A stretch of 64,000 nt of DNA, from positions 3,216 to 67,215 of IMG/VR virus record IMGVR_UViG_3300049049_000146. One strand, 5' to 3'. The stretch is from a virus (lineage: Duplodnaviria > Heunggongvirae > Uroviricota > Caudoviricetes). Below are positions 34,056 through 42,889 of the stretch, one piece after another. The first letter of the stretch is position 1. Every line of letters starts with the position of its first letter. The notes beneath the pieces are model-generated. The model saw only the letters and a list, made by a program, of their open reading frames with translations. It was not told where the DNA came from and did not search any database. The position numbers were made by a program, and so were the translations under genes.

Positions 34056-34858
34056 TACCATCTCCGGGGTTTCTCGGGCTCGGCGATCTCATAGCTGTAC
34101 GTCGTTTCGACGTTCATCTTGATTTCGCGCCACAGGAATACGACGTCGGGGTTCTTCGTCCTCGGATTTGCCTTGACCGCCTCCATGAGAGACTCGACGT
34201 AGCTGCCATCACGCACCTGAGCCACGAGGCCGACGCTGTACCCGATGTAGACGACGCCGCTGGCGCCGGGGCTCCAGATCTGATTCGGCTCGATTCGCTC
34301 CAGGAACTTCCCTTCGCGCTGGTAGCCGGAGCGGTTGATCTCCGAAAGGAAATCATCCTTCGTGTAGAAGAGCGACAGACGGCTCATACTATCGCAGTAC
34401 GCATAGGCCGGCTTGGAAGTATCCTCCAGGCCCGTACGCCACTTGACCGCAATCTCATCGGTCTTGCAGACGACCCACGGAATCTCAGCGGAGAGATTGA
34501 ACCACGCCACCTCGTCGTGGAGCGGCTTCTTATCCTCTCCGATTCCGTAGACATCGCGCAGGCAGAGGTACGCACGACTCTGACTGCGGCTGCCTCGAAG
34601 CTCGTCCTTGAAGAACTTGTTGACCTCGGTCTCGTCGTCCGGATTGCAGATCGCGATGGCCCTGTGACCGTGGACGTTCAGTTCGAAATCCTTGAGCGTC
34701 GAATACGCCTTCCGCATCCGACGAATCGCATCGGGGATTGCCCCGAACTCGAACTCAGCCGCACCGTGACTGCGGAAGCGGAAGTATTGCGAGAGGCCCG
34801 CGACGTACGGCTTATCCTCTCTCCGAAGCTCGATAGCCTGAATTAGCTTGTCACCCAT
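34055..34858 (-). CDS. conserved phage protein, paralog of 15909-16403 with C-terminal extension
   Basis: LIQ..HGAAEFEFGAIP.A.RR. Confidence 0.8.
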   Translation of the reverse strand: MGDKLIQAIELRREDKPYVAGLSQYFRFRSHGAAEFEFGAIPDAIRRMRKAYSTLKDFELNVHGHRAIAICNPDDETEVNKFFKDELRGSRSQSRAYLCLRDVYGIGEDKKPLHDEVAWFNLSAEIPWVVCKTDEIAVKWRTGLEDTSKPAYAYCDSMSRLSLFYTKDDFLSEINRSGYQREGKFLERIEPNQIWSPGASGVVYIGYSVGLVAQVRDGSYVESLMEAVKANPRTKNPDVVFLWREIKMNVETTYSYEIAEPEKPRRW

Positions 34859-34868
34859 TTACGCCTCG

Positions 34869-35090
34869 CTAGTCGCAAAGGCGTTCGTTGTCGAACTCCT
34901 TTGCATGATCGAGAAGCTCATTAGCCAGAGAATTCCATTCGCGGCGCTCATCCACTGACAACGTGTCCGTCATCATCTTGTGGATGAGCGCCTCCGTGCG
35001 GGCCAAGCCGCCACCCTTGCGGGTTAAAAGGCCGTGGAGTTCGACCAGGTATTGCCTAGCCCGCTTCGATTCCCAATCGGATGCCGACAT
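34869..35090 (-). CDS. hypothetical protein
   Basis: ORF on dominant strand. Confidence 0.55.
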   Translation of the reverse strand: MSASDWESKRARQYLVELHGLLTRKGGGLARTEALIHKMMTDTLSVDERREWNSLANELLDHAKEFDNERLCD

Positions 35091-35104
35091 GCGGCATCTT
35101 TACA

Positions 35105-35326
35105 CTACTTGAAGTCGAGAGCCCGGAGCGCCTCCACCGTACGATCCACGTCGTCGAACGGGATCGACATGGGGAGCAGCACGTTGAGTGCTCGCGAAAT
35201 CTCGTTCGCTCGACCTTCGTTGCCGAACTTCTTTTCGAGACGGATTTCCATCTTGCGCATCGGAAGGGAGACCACGACGGCCTTGCCCTCGGCGCGAATG
35301 AAGGGATGAACCTTGCTCGATTCCAT
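35105..35326 (-). CDS. hypothetical protein
   Basis: TGATG coupling. Confidence 0.65.
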   Translation of the reverse strand: MESSKVHPFIRAEGKAVVVSLPMRKMEIRLEKKFGNEGRANEISRALNVLLPMSIPFDDVDRTVEALRALDFK

Positions 35327-35769
35327 CAGAGCTTCTCCTGCTTTGTACCGCACCAGTCACAGTGATCGCGGTCACCCACCTGGGCTTCGCAGTTCTGGCA
35401 CTGCCCGATCTTCGACTTGAGCCACTTCTGTAGGTCGAGCCAATGCTTGGCGTCCATGTCCATTCCGAGCCCGCCCTTCCACTTCGACGCGGACTCGATA
35501 TCCCCAATGATCTGCCTGACGTCCTCTGCCGTCAGCACCTCGAAATGCTCTCGCACCCATTCGGATGCCAGCATGCTCATGTACGTCTTACGCCCCAGCG
35601 AATACCGGAACGTGCAGAGGAGCATCACGCGGAAGTCATCGAGACTGACCGAGTATTCTCCGTTCGCATAGGGATGGGCGCAGGGACCGTCGTGGCCCTT
35701 GTCCCTGGTGCACGGGGCGTAGCCCGCATGACCAGGAGGAATGAATCCGCATCTATCACTCGGGCGCAT
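35326..35769 (-). CDS. hypothetical protein with N- and C-terminal Cys/His clusters
   Basis: C..H..H and CQNC..CDWC. Confidence 0.7.
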   Translation of the reverse strand: MRPSDRCGFIPPGHAGYAPCTRDKGHDGPCAHPYANGEYSVSLDDFRVMLLCTFRYSLGRKTYMSMLASEWVREHFEVLTAEDVRQIIGDIESASKWKGGLGMDMDAKHWLDLQKWLKSKIGQCQNCEAQVGDRDHCDWCGTKQEKL

Positions 35770-36310
35770 GGACGAACAGTTCTCCTCTCCGCCAGTACAG
35801 CTGCTCAGCGTGACGCTTGGCCTCCAGCCAATCGTACTTCGTGAGCATGTCCCACTGACGCGGCGACAGCGCCGAGGCGTGCTTGCGCTCGCTCGACTCC
35901 AGCCACGCCACTAGCTGGTCCCGCAGCGACTTGCGGAACTCGCTCTTGAATCGCGTCTGATTGAGTAGCTTCGATGCAGCGAAGATTCTCGCCGATGCAC
36001 CGTGGTCGCTACGGAATTCCTCAGCGAGCCCACGCTGCCACGACTCCGGCCACTCCCTGTTGACGCCGAGGCCCCACAGATACTTCCACTTCGTGGTGTC
36101 CTTGAGCCATTCCTCGGGGCTTAGCCAGTCAGGCAGCCAGACTTCCTTGACTGCGTACTTGGGCACCATCACGAGGCCGTCGTCGTCCGACGTGCGGCAG
36201 CATGCGATTTCCTCTTGGAGGTTGACCTGCTGCGTCCAGACCTCGACGGGATCCTTCGGACTCGTGGCGTTCTCACCCAGCTGCTGGAATAGAATCTCGT
36301 GCTTCTTCAT
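35756..36310 (-). CDS. hypothetical protein
   Basis: SD GGAGG. Confidence 0.8.
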   Translation of the reverse strand: MKKHEILFQQLGENATSPKDPVEVWTQQVNLQEEIACCRTSDDDGLVMVPKYAVKEVWLPDWLSPEEWLKDTTKWKYLWGLGVNREWPESWQRGLAEEFRSDHGASARIFAASKLLNQTRFKSEFRKSLRDQLVAWLESSERKHASALSPRQWDMLTKYDWLEAKRHAEQLYWRRGELFVHAPE

Positions 36311-36551
36311 TGGTCGCCTCCCTTACGATGCTGAGGATGATTTCCAACTCGGAAACGAACTGGAGATTGTAGGTTACCTCGTCGGTAATCTCCGGCCATT
36401 CATCGGGGTGATCGAGAATGTTTGCGCAAGAAACGCAAACGTAAACGAGCCGTCTCTTGTAATCGAAGAATGTGCAGTCAGAGACTCGGCGAAACATCGT
36501 GGTACGAAATGGATGCTCGCCGATTCTGTCCTCACACTTCCAGCATCTCAT
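36273..36551 (-). CDS. zinc-ribbon protein
   Basis: CWKC..CVSC; ATGA overlap. Confidence 0.65.
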   Translation of the reverse strand: MRCWKCEDRIGEHPFRTTMFRRVSDCTFFDYKRRLVYVCVSCANILDHPDEWPEITDEVTYNLQFVSELEIILSIVREATNEEARDSIPAAG

Positions 36552-37063
36552 TCGGTCTTGTTCAGCGCTTCGGAAATCTTCTCGAACACCGGCCGAAGCG
36601 CTTGCATCGCATTCTGCACGTCCGGGTCACCGGGCGGCGCCGACTCGATCTTCGCCAGCAGATTCGCCCAGCGCTCCTTCGGCTTGGATTCCGGCGAAGA
36701 ATTCGTCGTAAGCTCTTCGATGAACGGCCAGAAAGGCTTCGGGACGGCGAAGTAGAACGTTGCGTAGGTGTTGTCGAAATCGTCGTCCTCATCGCTGACG
36801 TAGAGCGGGTGCTCAGGCAGCTTGAGCGACGCAATGCAACCAGTGCAGTTGCACCCCTCTTCGCGGGCGCCCCACGTCTTTGCGTTCCAGCACTCGCGGT
36901 TGCCTCCACCATTTCTGGTGTAGACACAGAGAAGCCAGCGGTCGCCGCTGAACTCGACGTAACAATCGCGGAAGCGGCCCACCGTCTGCGTCGACAATCC
37001 GACGAGCCCGAGAAGAACCTCGGACAGCGGGTTCACACCGAAGAGCATATTGTAGAGGCTCAT
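36548..37063 (-). CDS. conserved phage protein (MSLYNMLFG..RFRDC..YTRNGGGNR..DDDFD.TYA)
   Basis: widely recurring phage family motif. Confidence 0.85.
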   Translation of the reverse strand: MSLYNMLFGVNPLSEVLLGLVGLSTQTVGRFRDCYVEFSGDRWLLCVYTRNGGGNRECWNAKTWGAREEGCNCTGCIASLKLPEHPLYVSDEDDDFDNTYATFYFAVPKPFWPFIEELTTNSSPESKPKERWANLLAKIESAPPGDPDVQNAMQALRPVFEKISEALNKTE

Positions 37064-37065
37064 CG

Positions 37066-37362
37066 TCAGTCCTTGTACACGCCGATCACGGCCGTGTTGA
37101 TGTGCTCACAGAAATGATCGCCGAGCTTGTCGGAGACGTCCCACCACCGCTCCATCATGCGGGTGGAATGTGAGCCGTTCGGGATTCCGGATTCGCAGTG
37201 AATGACCACCGCAGCCTTCGGCGACCACTGTCCAGGGTCTTCGCTTCCGAGGAACGTCGACTGCTCGATGATTCGCTTTCGCGTCTCAGGATTCTCGGAG
37301 ATGTAGGGACCCCACACCTCGTCGATCGCTGCACGCACCCGCTGGAGAATGTCGTCGGTCAT
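37066..37362 (-). CDS. hypothetical protein
   Basis: ATGA overlap. Confidence 0.75.
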   Translation of the reverse strand: MTDDILQRVRAAIDEVWGPYISENPETRKRIIEQSTFLGSEDPGQWSPKAAVVIHCESGIPNGSHSTRMMERWWDVSDKLGDHFCEHINTAVIGVYKD

Positions 37363-37706
37363 CCCGCCTGCCTGCACAGTTCGAGGTATTCTTCCTCGGT
37401 CAGAATCAGTTCCTTGCCGACGACGTCGAGGATATGGCCCGCCGAGCTACCCCAGCAGATCGGATTCTGCACCTCGCGCTCTTCCCCGTCGTTCATGACC
37501 TTCCGGCCGCTGTTGATGGTCGGCTTGATCCACGAGGGACCGCATTCCCGAATCACGACCTCGCCGAGAATCTCGACGATCTCGTAGACGTAGCCACGCT
37601 TGAAGAACGAATCGCCAGCCTTAGCTATGTTGCCGAGAATCAGACCATCGTTCTCGGTGGGATTGCCGGTGTTACGGCGCACGAATCGAGCGAGGAGCTT
37701 GTCCAT
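37359..37706 (-). CDS. hypothetical protein
   Basis: TGATG coupling. Confidence 0.75.
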   Translation of the reverse strand: MDKLLARFVRRNTGNPTENDGLILGNIAKAGDSFFKRGYVYEIVEILGEVVIRECGPSWIKPTINSGRKVMNDGEEREVQNPICWGSSAGHILDVVGKELILTEEEYLELCRQAG

Positions 37707-38026
37707 CAGTACCTCGTCAGCGGACGCTCGGTCACCTCTCCAGTGATCAGGTCCAGAACGTGCCAGCGCTTCTTGTCCTCGACGAGAAGCTCCACGATTC
37801 CGAGGAGCCCCTTCTGCCGAGCCATCATTTCCTTCTCTTCGCCGTGACGTCCAGCGAGGAAGTAATCGTACGAGTCCGCTTCCTCCCGAGCGACCATCTT
37901 CGCGATCGGCTCACGAACCTGAGCCGGACTGCCAGGCGTGTAGCGGGGATTCACGTTGAAGTGGAATGCTCGGCGCCGTCCGATGAATTCACGGATGCGC
38001 TGGTCGTCGACCACTACCTTAGCCAT
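37706..38026 (-). CDS. hypothetical protein
   Basis: coupled ORF. Confidence 0.75.
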   Translation of the reverse strand: MAKVVVDDQRIREFIGRRRAFHFNVNPRYTPGSPAQVREPIAKMVAREEADSYDYFLAGRHGEEKEMMARQKGLLGIVELLVEDKKRWHVLDLITGEVTERPLTRY

Positions 38027-38366
38027 TCTGCTCGACCTCCTCCGGGTAATGATCGTCGCACCACTTGTCGTACCAGTCGTCGTCCCAGCTTCCGGGCTGC
38101 CCCGTGACCGGGCAGACCCACCCAGAATCCGATGCGAACATCTGGTATGAGTATTCCTTCTCGGTCAGAAAGTTGCCGCCGCTCGGACAGCAACGGCACT
38201 TGACGCGATACGCAGTCTCGGGACGCTCCGTCGGCGTCTCCGGGCGCTCCGGCGTACCGATGACCTCCCGAACCACCCCGACGAGCTTGCGCATCTCAGG
38301 GGACCGCTCAGCGTCCATCTTCGCCTGACGCTCGGCGTTCTCTCGGTCGAACTTGTCGTAATCCAT
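38019..38366 (-). CDS. zinc-ribbon protein with ERPET repeats
   Basis: VKCRCC..EKEY..W.CP..WDDDW. Confidence 0.75.
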   Translation of the reverse strand: MDYDKFDRENAERQAKMDAERSPEMRKLVGVVREVIGTPERPETPTERPETAYRVKCRCCPSGGNFLTEKEYSYQMFASDSGWVCPVTGQPGSWDDDWYDKWCDDHYPEEVEQNG

Positions 38367-38522
38367 TCAGGTTTCCTTCCGGGCTGCGGCGGCCTTCAAC
38401 TTTGCGATGAGGGCCTCTCGAACGTCGAAGCCTTCCTCGGCTGACATTTGCTCCAGCACCTCGTCGAGAGCCTCGTCGGGGAGCCAGAGCAGGGCTTGAA
38501 TCTCTTGGAGTAGCTGGCTCAT
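38367..38522 (-). CDS. hypothetical protein
   Basis: SD AAGGAG, promoter upstream. Confidence 0.7.
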   Translation of the reverse strand: MSQLLQEIQALLWLPDEALDEVLEQMSAEEGFDVREALIAKLKAAAARKET

Positions 38523-38531
38523 GGCTCCTTC

Positions 38532-38548
38532 TATTATCGATGGAGTTT
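38532..38548 (-). promoter_or_regulatory. phage promoter-like motif copy 21
   Basis: AAACTCC-ATC-GATAATA. Confidence 0.8.
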
Positions 38549-38553
38549 GCCTC

Positions 38554-38590
38554 TTAAAGCACGAAAGGGGTGAGCCGAAGCCCACCCCTC
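38554..38590 (-). terminator. terminator-like hairpin fused to promoter
   Basis: AGGGGTGGGC-TTCG-GCTCACCCCT, tail TTCGTGCTTTAA. Confidence 0.85.
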
Positions 38591-38594
38591 TCGC

Positions 38595-39014
38595 TTAGTG
38601 ACCTACGGTCTTGACGCTCACCACACGAGCCGTGTAGCCCGGCTTTGCAGTGTCCTCGGCAGACCTGAGCGCCATTCTCTCGGCTTGCTCCGGCGTTACG
38701 TCCGGGAAGGAATACGTCTCCGTGTACACCTTCTCGACCGTAACCGTGTATGCCCCTCGAAGCCCCGGAGGCTTGAAGCCATCCCTTCGAGGAACGTCGC
38801 AGATGCCGTACTCCAGGATCTCGCAGGTGTCTGCAAGATCGTTGGCGAATTCCAGCGCCTCGTGGTACGTGTTCCTGAACGTGACGTTTCCCGTCGAGAA
38901 TTCCTCGTCGAGTTGTGCGTCCGTCAGATCCTCCGGGTACAGCGACGCGATGTGCGCCACCGAATAGCGCCCGTCCTTTAGCTGCCTGATGTAGACTCCG
39001 TTGTCAGCCGACAA
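38595..39014 (-). CDS. conserved phage protein (SADNGVYI..EYGI)
   Basis: TTG start inferred; recurring motif. Confidence 0.7.
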   Translation of the reverse strand: MSADNGVYIRQLKDGRYSVAHIASLYPEDLTDAQLDEEFSTGNVTFRNTYHEALEFANDLADTCEILEYGICDVPRRDGFKPPGLRGAYTVTVEKVYTETYSFPDVTPEQAERMALRSAEDTAKPGYTARVVSVKTVGH

Positions 39015-39453
39015 GACTCTCCTCCTTCTTCGCGAGAATGTCCTCGATCTGCCGCATCGCGAATCGGCGAATCGGTTCACGCATCAGTTCGTGCGGTGCC
39101 GTGGTGCCCATCCTCCAGCGATGCACCGTCGGCGTGCTCACGTGTAGAGCGTTGCCCACGTCAGCCTCGTGAAGCCGCAGCGTGTAGAGCACGTCGTCGA
39201 CGACCTTTGCGTATACATTGTCGTCTTTCAGATCGGCGTTTTCGATTCTCGCCTTGAGTTCTCGCGCGCTGTAGTGCGAGATTCGCCGCTTGCGCCTCTT
39301 GAACTCTGCGACGATGACCGCTACGTCCTGCACCGGCACCTTGTAGTACGGGTCAGGCTCGTTGAGGGGATTGATTCCCGCTGCTCGAAGCTCATCGAGG
39401 CGCTCGTCCAGACCCTCGATGACCTCATCAATCGACGGAGGTTCTCTTTTCAT
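39004..39453 (-). CDS. protein with C-terminal XRE/Cro-type HTH
   Basis: EADVGNALHVSTPTVHRWRMGTTAP. Confidence 0.7.
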   Translation of the reverse strand: MKREPPSIDEVIEGLDERLDELRAAGINPLNEPDPYYKVPVQDVAVIVAEFKRRKRRISHYSARELKARIENADLKDDNVYAKVVDDVLYTLRLHEADVGNALHVSTPTVHRWRMGTTAPHELMREPIRRFAMRQIEDILAKKEESLVG

Positions 39454-39827
39454 ACGTCGTTGTCCGCTTCCATGAACTGGTCGAAGTCGTCACCGAGAAG
39501 ATGCTGGAGCTTTTCCAGCTGCTTCTCACACCCATCGAACGTCTTCCTGTGCTTGGCGGTATCTTCGTACCCGAACTCGCTGAGGAATTCCGAGTAGCCA
39601 TTCCGCGCCACAGACGAATCGGAGACCATGCACGACACCACGTCGCCGACCGAGATGTCTTTGACGAGCGAGCCTGCGTAGAAATCGAGAGCAACCGTTC
39701 GCTTCTGGTACTTGAGGGTCACTCGCCAGTTGCTCGAAGTGTTATCCCACGGCGACTTACGCAGTGCCTTCCCCTGCTCAGCCTTGAATTCGATCTGCTT
39801 CACGAGGTCCGAAAGCTTTTCGCTCAT
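39450..39827 (-). CDS. conserved phage protein (DVV.C..SD..EF..EFGY)
   Basis: SD GGAG; recurring motif. Confidence 0.8.
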   Translation of the reverse strand: MSEKLSDLVKQIEFKAEQGKALRKSPWDNTSSNWRVTLKYQKRTVALDFYAGSLVKDISVGDVVSCMVSDSSVARNGYSEFLSEFGYEDTAKHRKTFDGCEKQLEKLQHLLGDDFDQFMEADNDV

Positions 39828-39832
39828 GCTAG

Positions 39833-39860
39833 TTGACTCCTGTAAAGGGGTCCTTACTGT
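39833..39860 (+). promoter_or_regulatory. possible sigma70-like promoter for groES
   Basis: TTGACT-N16-TACTGT. Confidence 0.35.
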
Positions 39861-39882
39861 CCTGTTTTCCAAGGAGATTCAG

Positions 39883-40176
39883 ATGGCTAATATTCGTCCG
39901 CTCGGCGACCGTGTAATCATCAAGCGCGTGGACTCGGCAACGGTCACCAAGGGCGGGATTCTCATCCCGGGCTCTGCTCAGGAGAAGGAAATCCAGGGAG
40001 TCGTGGTGGCGGTAGGACCGGGCCGCCTGCATGACAATGGCACGTTTCAGGAGTGCACTGTCAAGCGCGGCGACACGGTCCTCTTCTCGAAGTATGGCGG
40101 CACCGAGGTGAAGATTGATGGCGTCGAGCACATCATTCTTCGCGAGGAAGAAATCCTCGGCGTCGTCGAGCAGTGA
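39883..40176 (+). CDS. groES: co-chaperonin GroES
   Basis: IRPLGDRVIIKR..TKGGILIP..VVAVGPG..FSKYGGTEVKIDG; SD AAGGAG. Confidence 0.97.
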   Translation: MANIRPLGDRVIIKRVDSATVTKGGILIPGSAQEKEIQGVVVAVGPGRLHDNGTFQECTVKRGDTVLFSKYGGTEVKIDGVEHIILREEEILGVVEQ

Positions 40177-41436
40177 TCAGATTCGCTTGTAGTTCCAGTG
40201 CGTAACGATCTTGCCTGTGCCCGGCTTGAGCGTCACCTTGGTACCTTCGGGATACCTGGTGATAGCGTCGGGCACCCGCATGATCGTAAGCCCACGCTCT
40301 AGGGCAACAATTGCCAGGTGCGCCAGCTGGCCGCCTTCCTCCGTGATGATTGCTTGCGCCTTCATCGCGGCTAGAGCGTGGTCTGCACTGAGATTCGGAA
40401 GGACGACGATTCCTTCACCGACCACTCCGGTAATCTCAGAGCCACGTCCCTCGACGATCACCATGGCCTCGAAATCACCGAGTCGTTCTTGAAGCTCGCT
40501 GGCCGCATTCAGCGCCGCCTTTGCGACTTCACTGTTGTACGATTCGTCGAGGTCGACGCCTGCACCAACCATCCAGTCCGTATGGTATTCGTTGTCCATC
40601 GGGAGCTTCATTCCCGAATGAGCAACGGGCTTCCACGGAGGGGAAAGGTGACGCAGTGACGTGCGACCCAGAGCCCAATGCCAGAACGGGGCGAGGGGAA
40701 CCGTCAGCACTCGGCCATCGCTGACGTGTAGCTGGAACGTATCGTCGCCGGCCTGCTTGAGCACACCCTCGCGGACTCGCTCGATCTCAGCGTTGTACCG
40801 CTTCTCGGCCTCGGCTGCCCGCTTATCGTACTCGCGTGCCTGCTTCTCGCGCTCGCGCTTCTCCGCCTCTTCGTCGGTCTCTACGGGCTCCGAATGCGGG
40901 TGCTCGATTTGGATCAGCGAGCGGCCCACAGCGAGGAATTCATCGAGAGCCTGGCGCGGCGTGAGGTTCTCCTTCCACCAGAAAGGAGGCTCCGACGTCA
41001 TCTCGAAGATGACGGGACGGTCGTCGATGAAGAGGAGACGCTGGTCATCTCGCACGTAGTATTCGAGGCGACGACGGGTCCAGCCCTCGAATCGATCGCT
41101 GTCGATCGTGGGAATCGGCAGCCCTTCATTCGCATACTCGGCGTCTTCGGGACCGAGCAGCGTCACCTCGGCGAAGGGCCGCATCCATTTCCCGTTGATG
41201 CGAATACGCCCAGCGTACACGAACTTGAGGTCCCGCTTGTATCCTGCGGCTCCCTTGTCGTTGACGACGCGAATGCCCTTCGACGAATCACCCGTCAGCT
41301 TCTTTTCGCCATCGAGGACTTCGCGGGCAATGACGTCAGTCTCGCCAGGATCCCCGCCGACGAGCCCCTCGGATAGAAGACGCCACGCTGCGCCAGGACG
41401 CTCCGAGAGCAGCATATCCCGCGCCGTGGTCGTCAT
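40177..41436 (-). CDS. protein with C-terminal PEP-utilising enzyme mobile (phospho-His) domain
   Basis: AIITEEGGQLAHLAIVALERG..VPDA..G..VT; alternative start 41481. Confidence 0.75.
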   Translation of the reverse strand: MTTTARDMLLSERPGAAWRLLSEGLVGGDPGETDVIAREVLDGEKKLTGDSSKGIRVVNDKGAAGYKRDLKFVYAGRIRINGKWMRPFAEVTLLGPEDAEYANEGLPIPTIDSDRFEGWTRRRLEYYVRDDQRLLFIDDRPVIFEMTSEPPFWWKENLTPRQALDEFLAVGRSLIQIEHPHSEPVETDEEAEKREREKQAREYDKRAAEAEKRYNAEIERVREGVLKQAGDDTFQLHVSDGRVLTVPLAPFWHWALGRTSLRHLSPPWKPVAHSGMKLPMDNEYHTDWMVGAGVDLDESYNSEVAKAALNAASELQERLGDFEAMVIVEGRGSEITGVVGEGIVVLPNLSADHALAAMKAQAIITEEGGQLAHLAIVALERGLTIMRVPDAITRYPEGTKVTLKPGTGKIVTHWNYKRI

Positions 41437-41482
41437 GTCCTTTCCGTAGATTCGGAAGAACGTGACTTGAGTGCTCGGCATG

Positions 41483-41695
41483 TTACAGTTCCACTCGGGA
41501 ATTGAGCACGTCGAGAATCTCTTCCCGGTCTCGCTTCACCCACCAGGTGTTCGGACCGTCAGTCTTCTCGTGCTCGGGGTGGACCTTGTACTCGTCCGCA
41601 TCGATGCGGAACCAGATGCGACCCTTGATAATCGATTCCTCGCCCACCGCCATGCGAAGAATCGCCCACACCAGCTTACTATCTTCGTCGGTCAT
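41483..41695 (-). CDS. hypothetical protein
   Basis: SD GAGG. Confidence 0.7.
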   Translation of the reverse strand: MTDEDSKLVWAILRMAVGEESIIKGRIWFRIDADEYKVHPEHEKTDGPNTWWVKRDREEILDVLNSRVEL

Positions 41696-41701
41696 CGAAC
41701 C

Positions 41702-41905
41702 TCAATTCAGGCTCTTGACGTAATCGAGCCCTGCATCCTGGATGAAGTCAACGTAGTCAAACGCGTCGTTCATTGTCTTGAATCCATCGCGACAATGAGT
41801 GTGGTCCATCCACTGAATCTCGACTGCGTATTCGTATTCACCGGTATCCTCATTGAGGATTGCCTGAACCGTATAACCCCAGGATTCGCTGAGCAGGGAC
41901 TTCAT
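41702..41905 (-). CDS. hypothetical protein
   Basis: ORF on dominant strand. Confidence 0.65.
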   Translation of the reverse strand: MKSLLSESWGYTVQAILNEDTGEYEYAVEIQWMDHTHCRDGFKTMNDAFDYVDFIQDAGLDYVKSLN

Positions 41906-41972
41906 GCTCAGCTACATAAGCCGCCTGTGTTCCGGCGTTAAAAGGCTTCGGGAGCCGCCCTATGCCCTTATC

Positions 41973-42470
41973 TCAGTAGTCGTCGTCCGGAAATCCGTAA
42001 CGGCGTCGGGCGACGTGGTAGCTGTGCTCCCACTCCATGCGCATCCGCCAGGGAGGCTCGCACGACTCACCCACCGACCAGAGGAAGCTCGACCGAATCT
42101 CGTCGGTCGCGTCCCTCTGAGGCGGGCCCATCTTCATCATGACGGTGCCGAATGCCGAGCCGAGATCGCTCACTTCGACATTCTTCTGGCTGTCCGGGAC
42201 CTCGTTCGTCGGCTTCTTGTACTTGAAGTCGTTTCCTGCGAGCCGGTATAGCTCGTTCAGGAAATACGTCGGTGAGAGATTGCTGATGTGCTTCATCATC
42301 TCGACGAAGCCCTTAGCAGCCTCCACCCCGTAGTGCGTCTTGATTCCCTCGTGGATCTTCTGCAAGCGATCCTGTCGAAGGTCTCCGGTATTTGCCGCGT
42401 ACCCGCTGTAGTACGACGGACTCGACGACAGACCCGCGCGGCTCACGATTGCGTAGATCGATTCGGTCAT
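41973..42470 (-). CDS. hypothetical protein
   Basis: ATGA overlap. Confidence 0.8.
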   Translation of the reverse strand: MTESIYAIVSRAGLSSSPSYYSGYAANTGDLRQDRLQKIHEGIKTHYGVEAAKGFVEMMKHISNLSPTYFLNELYRLAGNDFKYKKPTNEVPDSQKNVEVSDLGSAFGTVMMKMGPPQRDATDEIRSSFLWSVGESCEPPWRMRMEWEHSYHVARRRYGFPDDDY

Positions 42471-42889
42471 TCCTCGCCCTCGTTGTCCGCAACGGCGTCC
42501 CTCGCGTCGGGACGACCAAGACCGCCATCGGGTCCGTGCGGATGGAATTTGCTGGCCTCAGCCGGCTTGTCCTTCTCCACGATCGGATTTAGGCACATCT
42601 TCTTCGAGAACGGATTGAAGTTCTCCGGACGATACTGGTCACGAAGTCGAATGACCTCGTTATTGTTCTGCTCCTGGCCCACGACGCAGTAGACGTACTT
42701 GCCCTTGAAGGGCTTCCAGCCCATCTCGTGCGTCACCAGGTACGTGTATTCGCCCGGAGGATCCCAATGTGACGGGTCCGGGTGACGAACGACGGTGATG
42801 TACTGACCCTTCCGGGGAGCTTCGGGAAGGGTCAGCCATCCCTCGTACGCACCGATGGTCGAACTAAACAGACAGACCTTGACCGTCAT
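42467..42889 (-). CDS. hypothetical protein
   Basis: TAATG coupling. Confidence 0.75.
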   Translation of the reverse strand: MTVKVCLFSSTIGAYEGWLTLPEAPRKGQYITVVRHPDPSHWDPPGEYTYLVTHEMGWKPFKGKYVYCVVGQEQNNNEVIRLRDQYRPENFNPFSKKMCLNPIVEKDKPAEASKFHPHGPDGGLGRPDARDAVADNEGEE

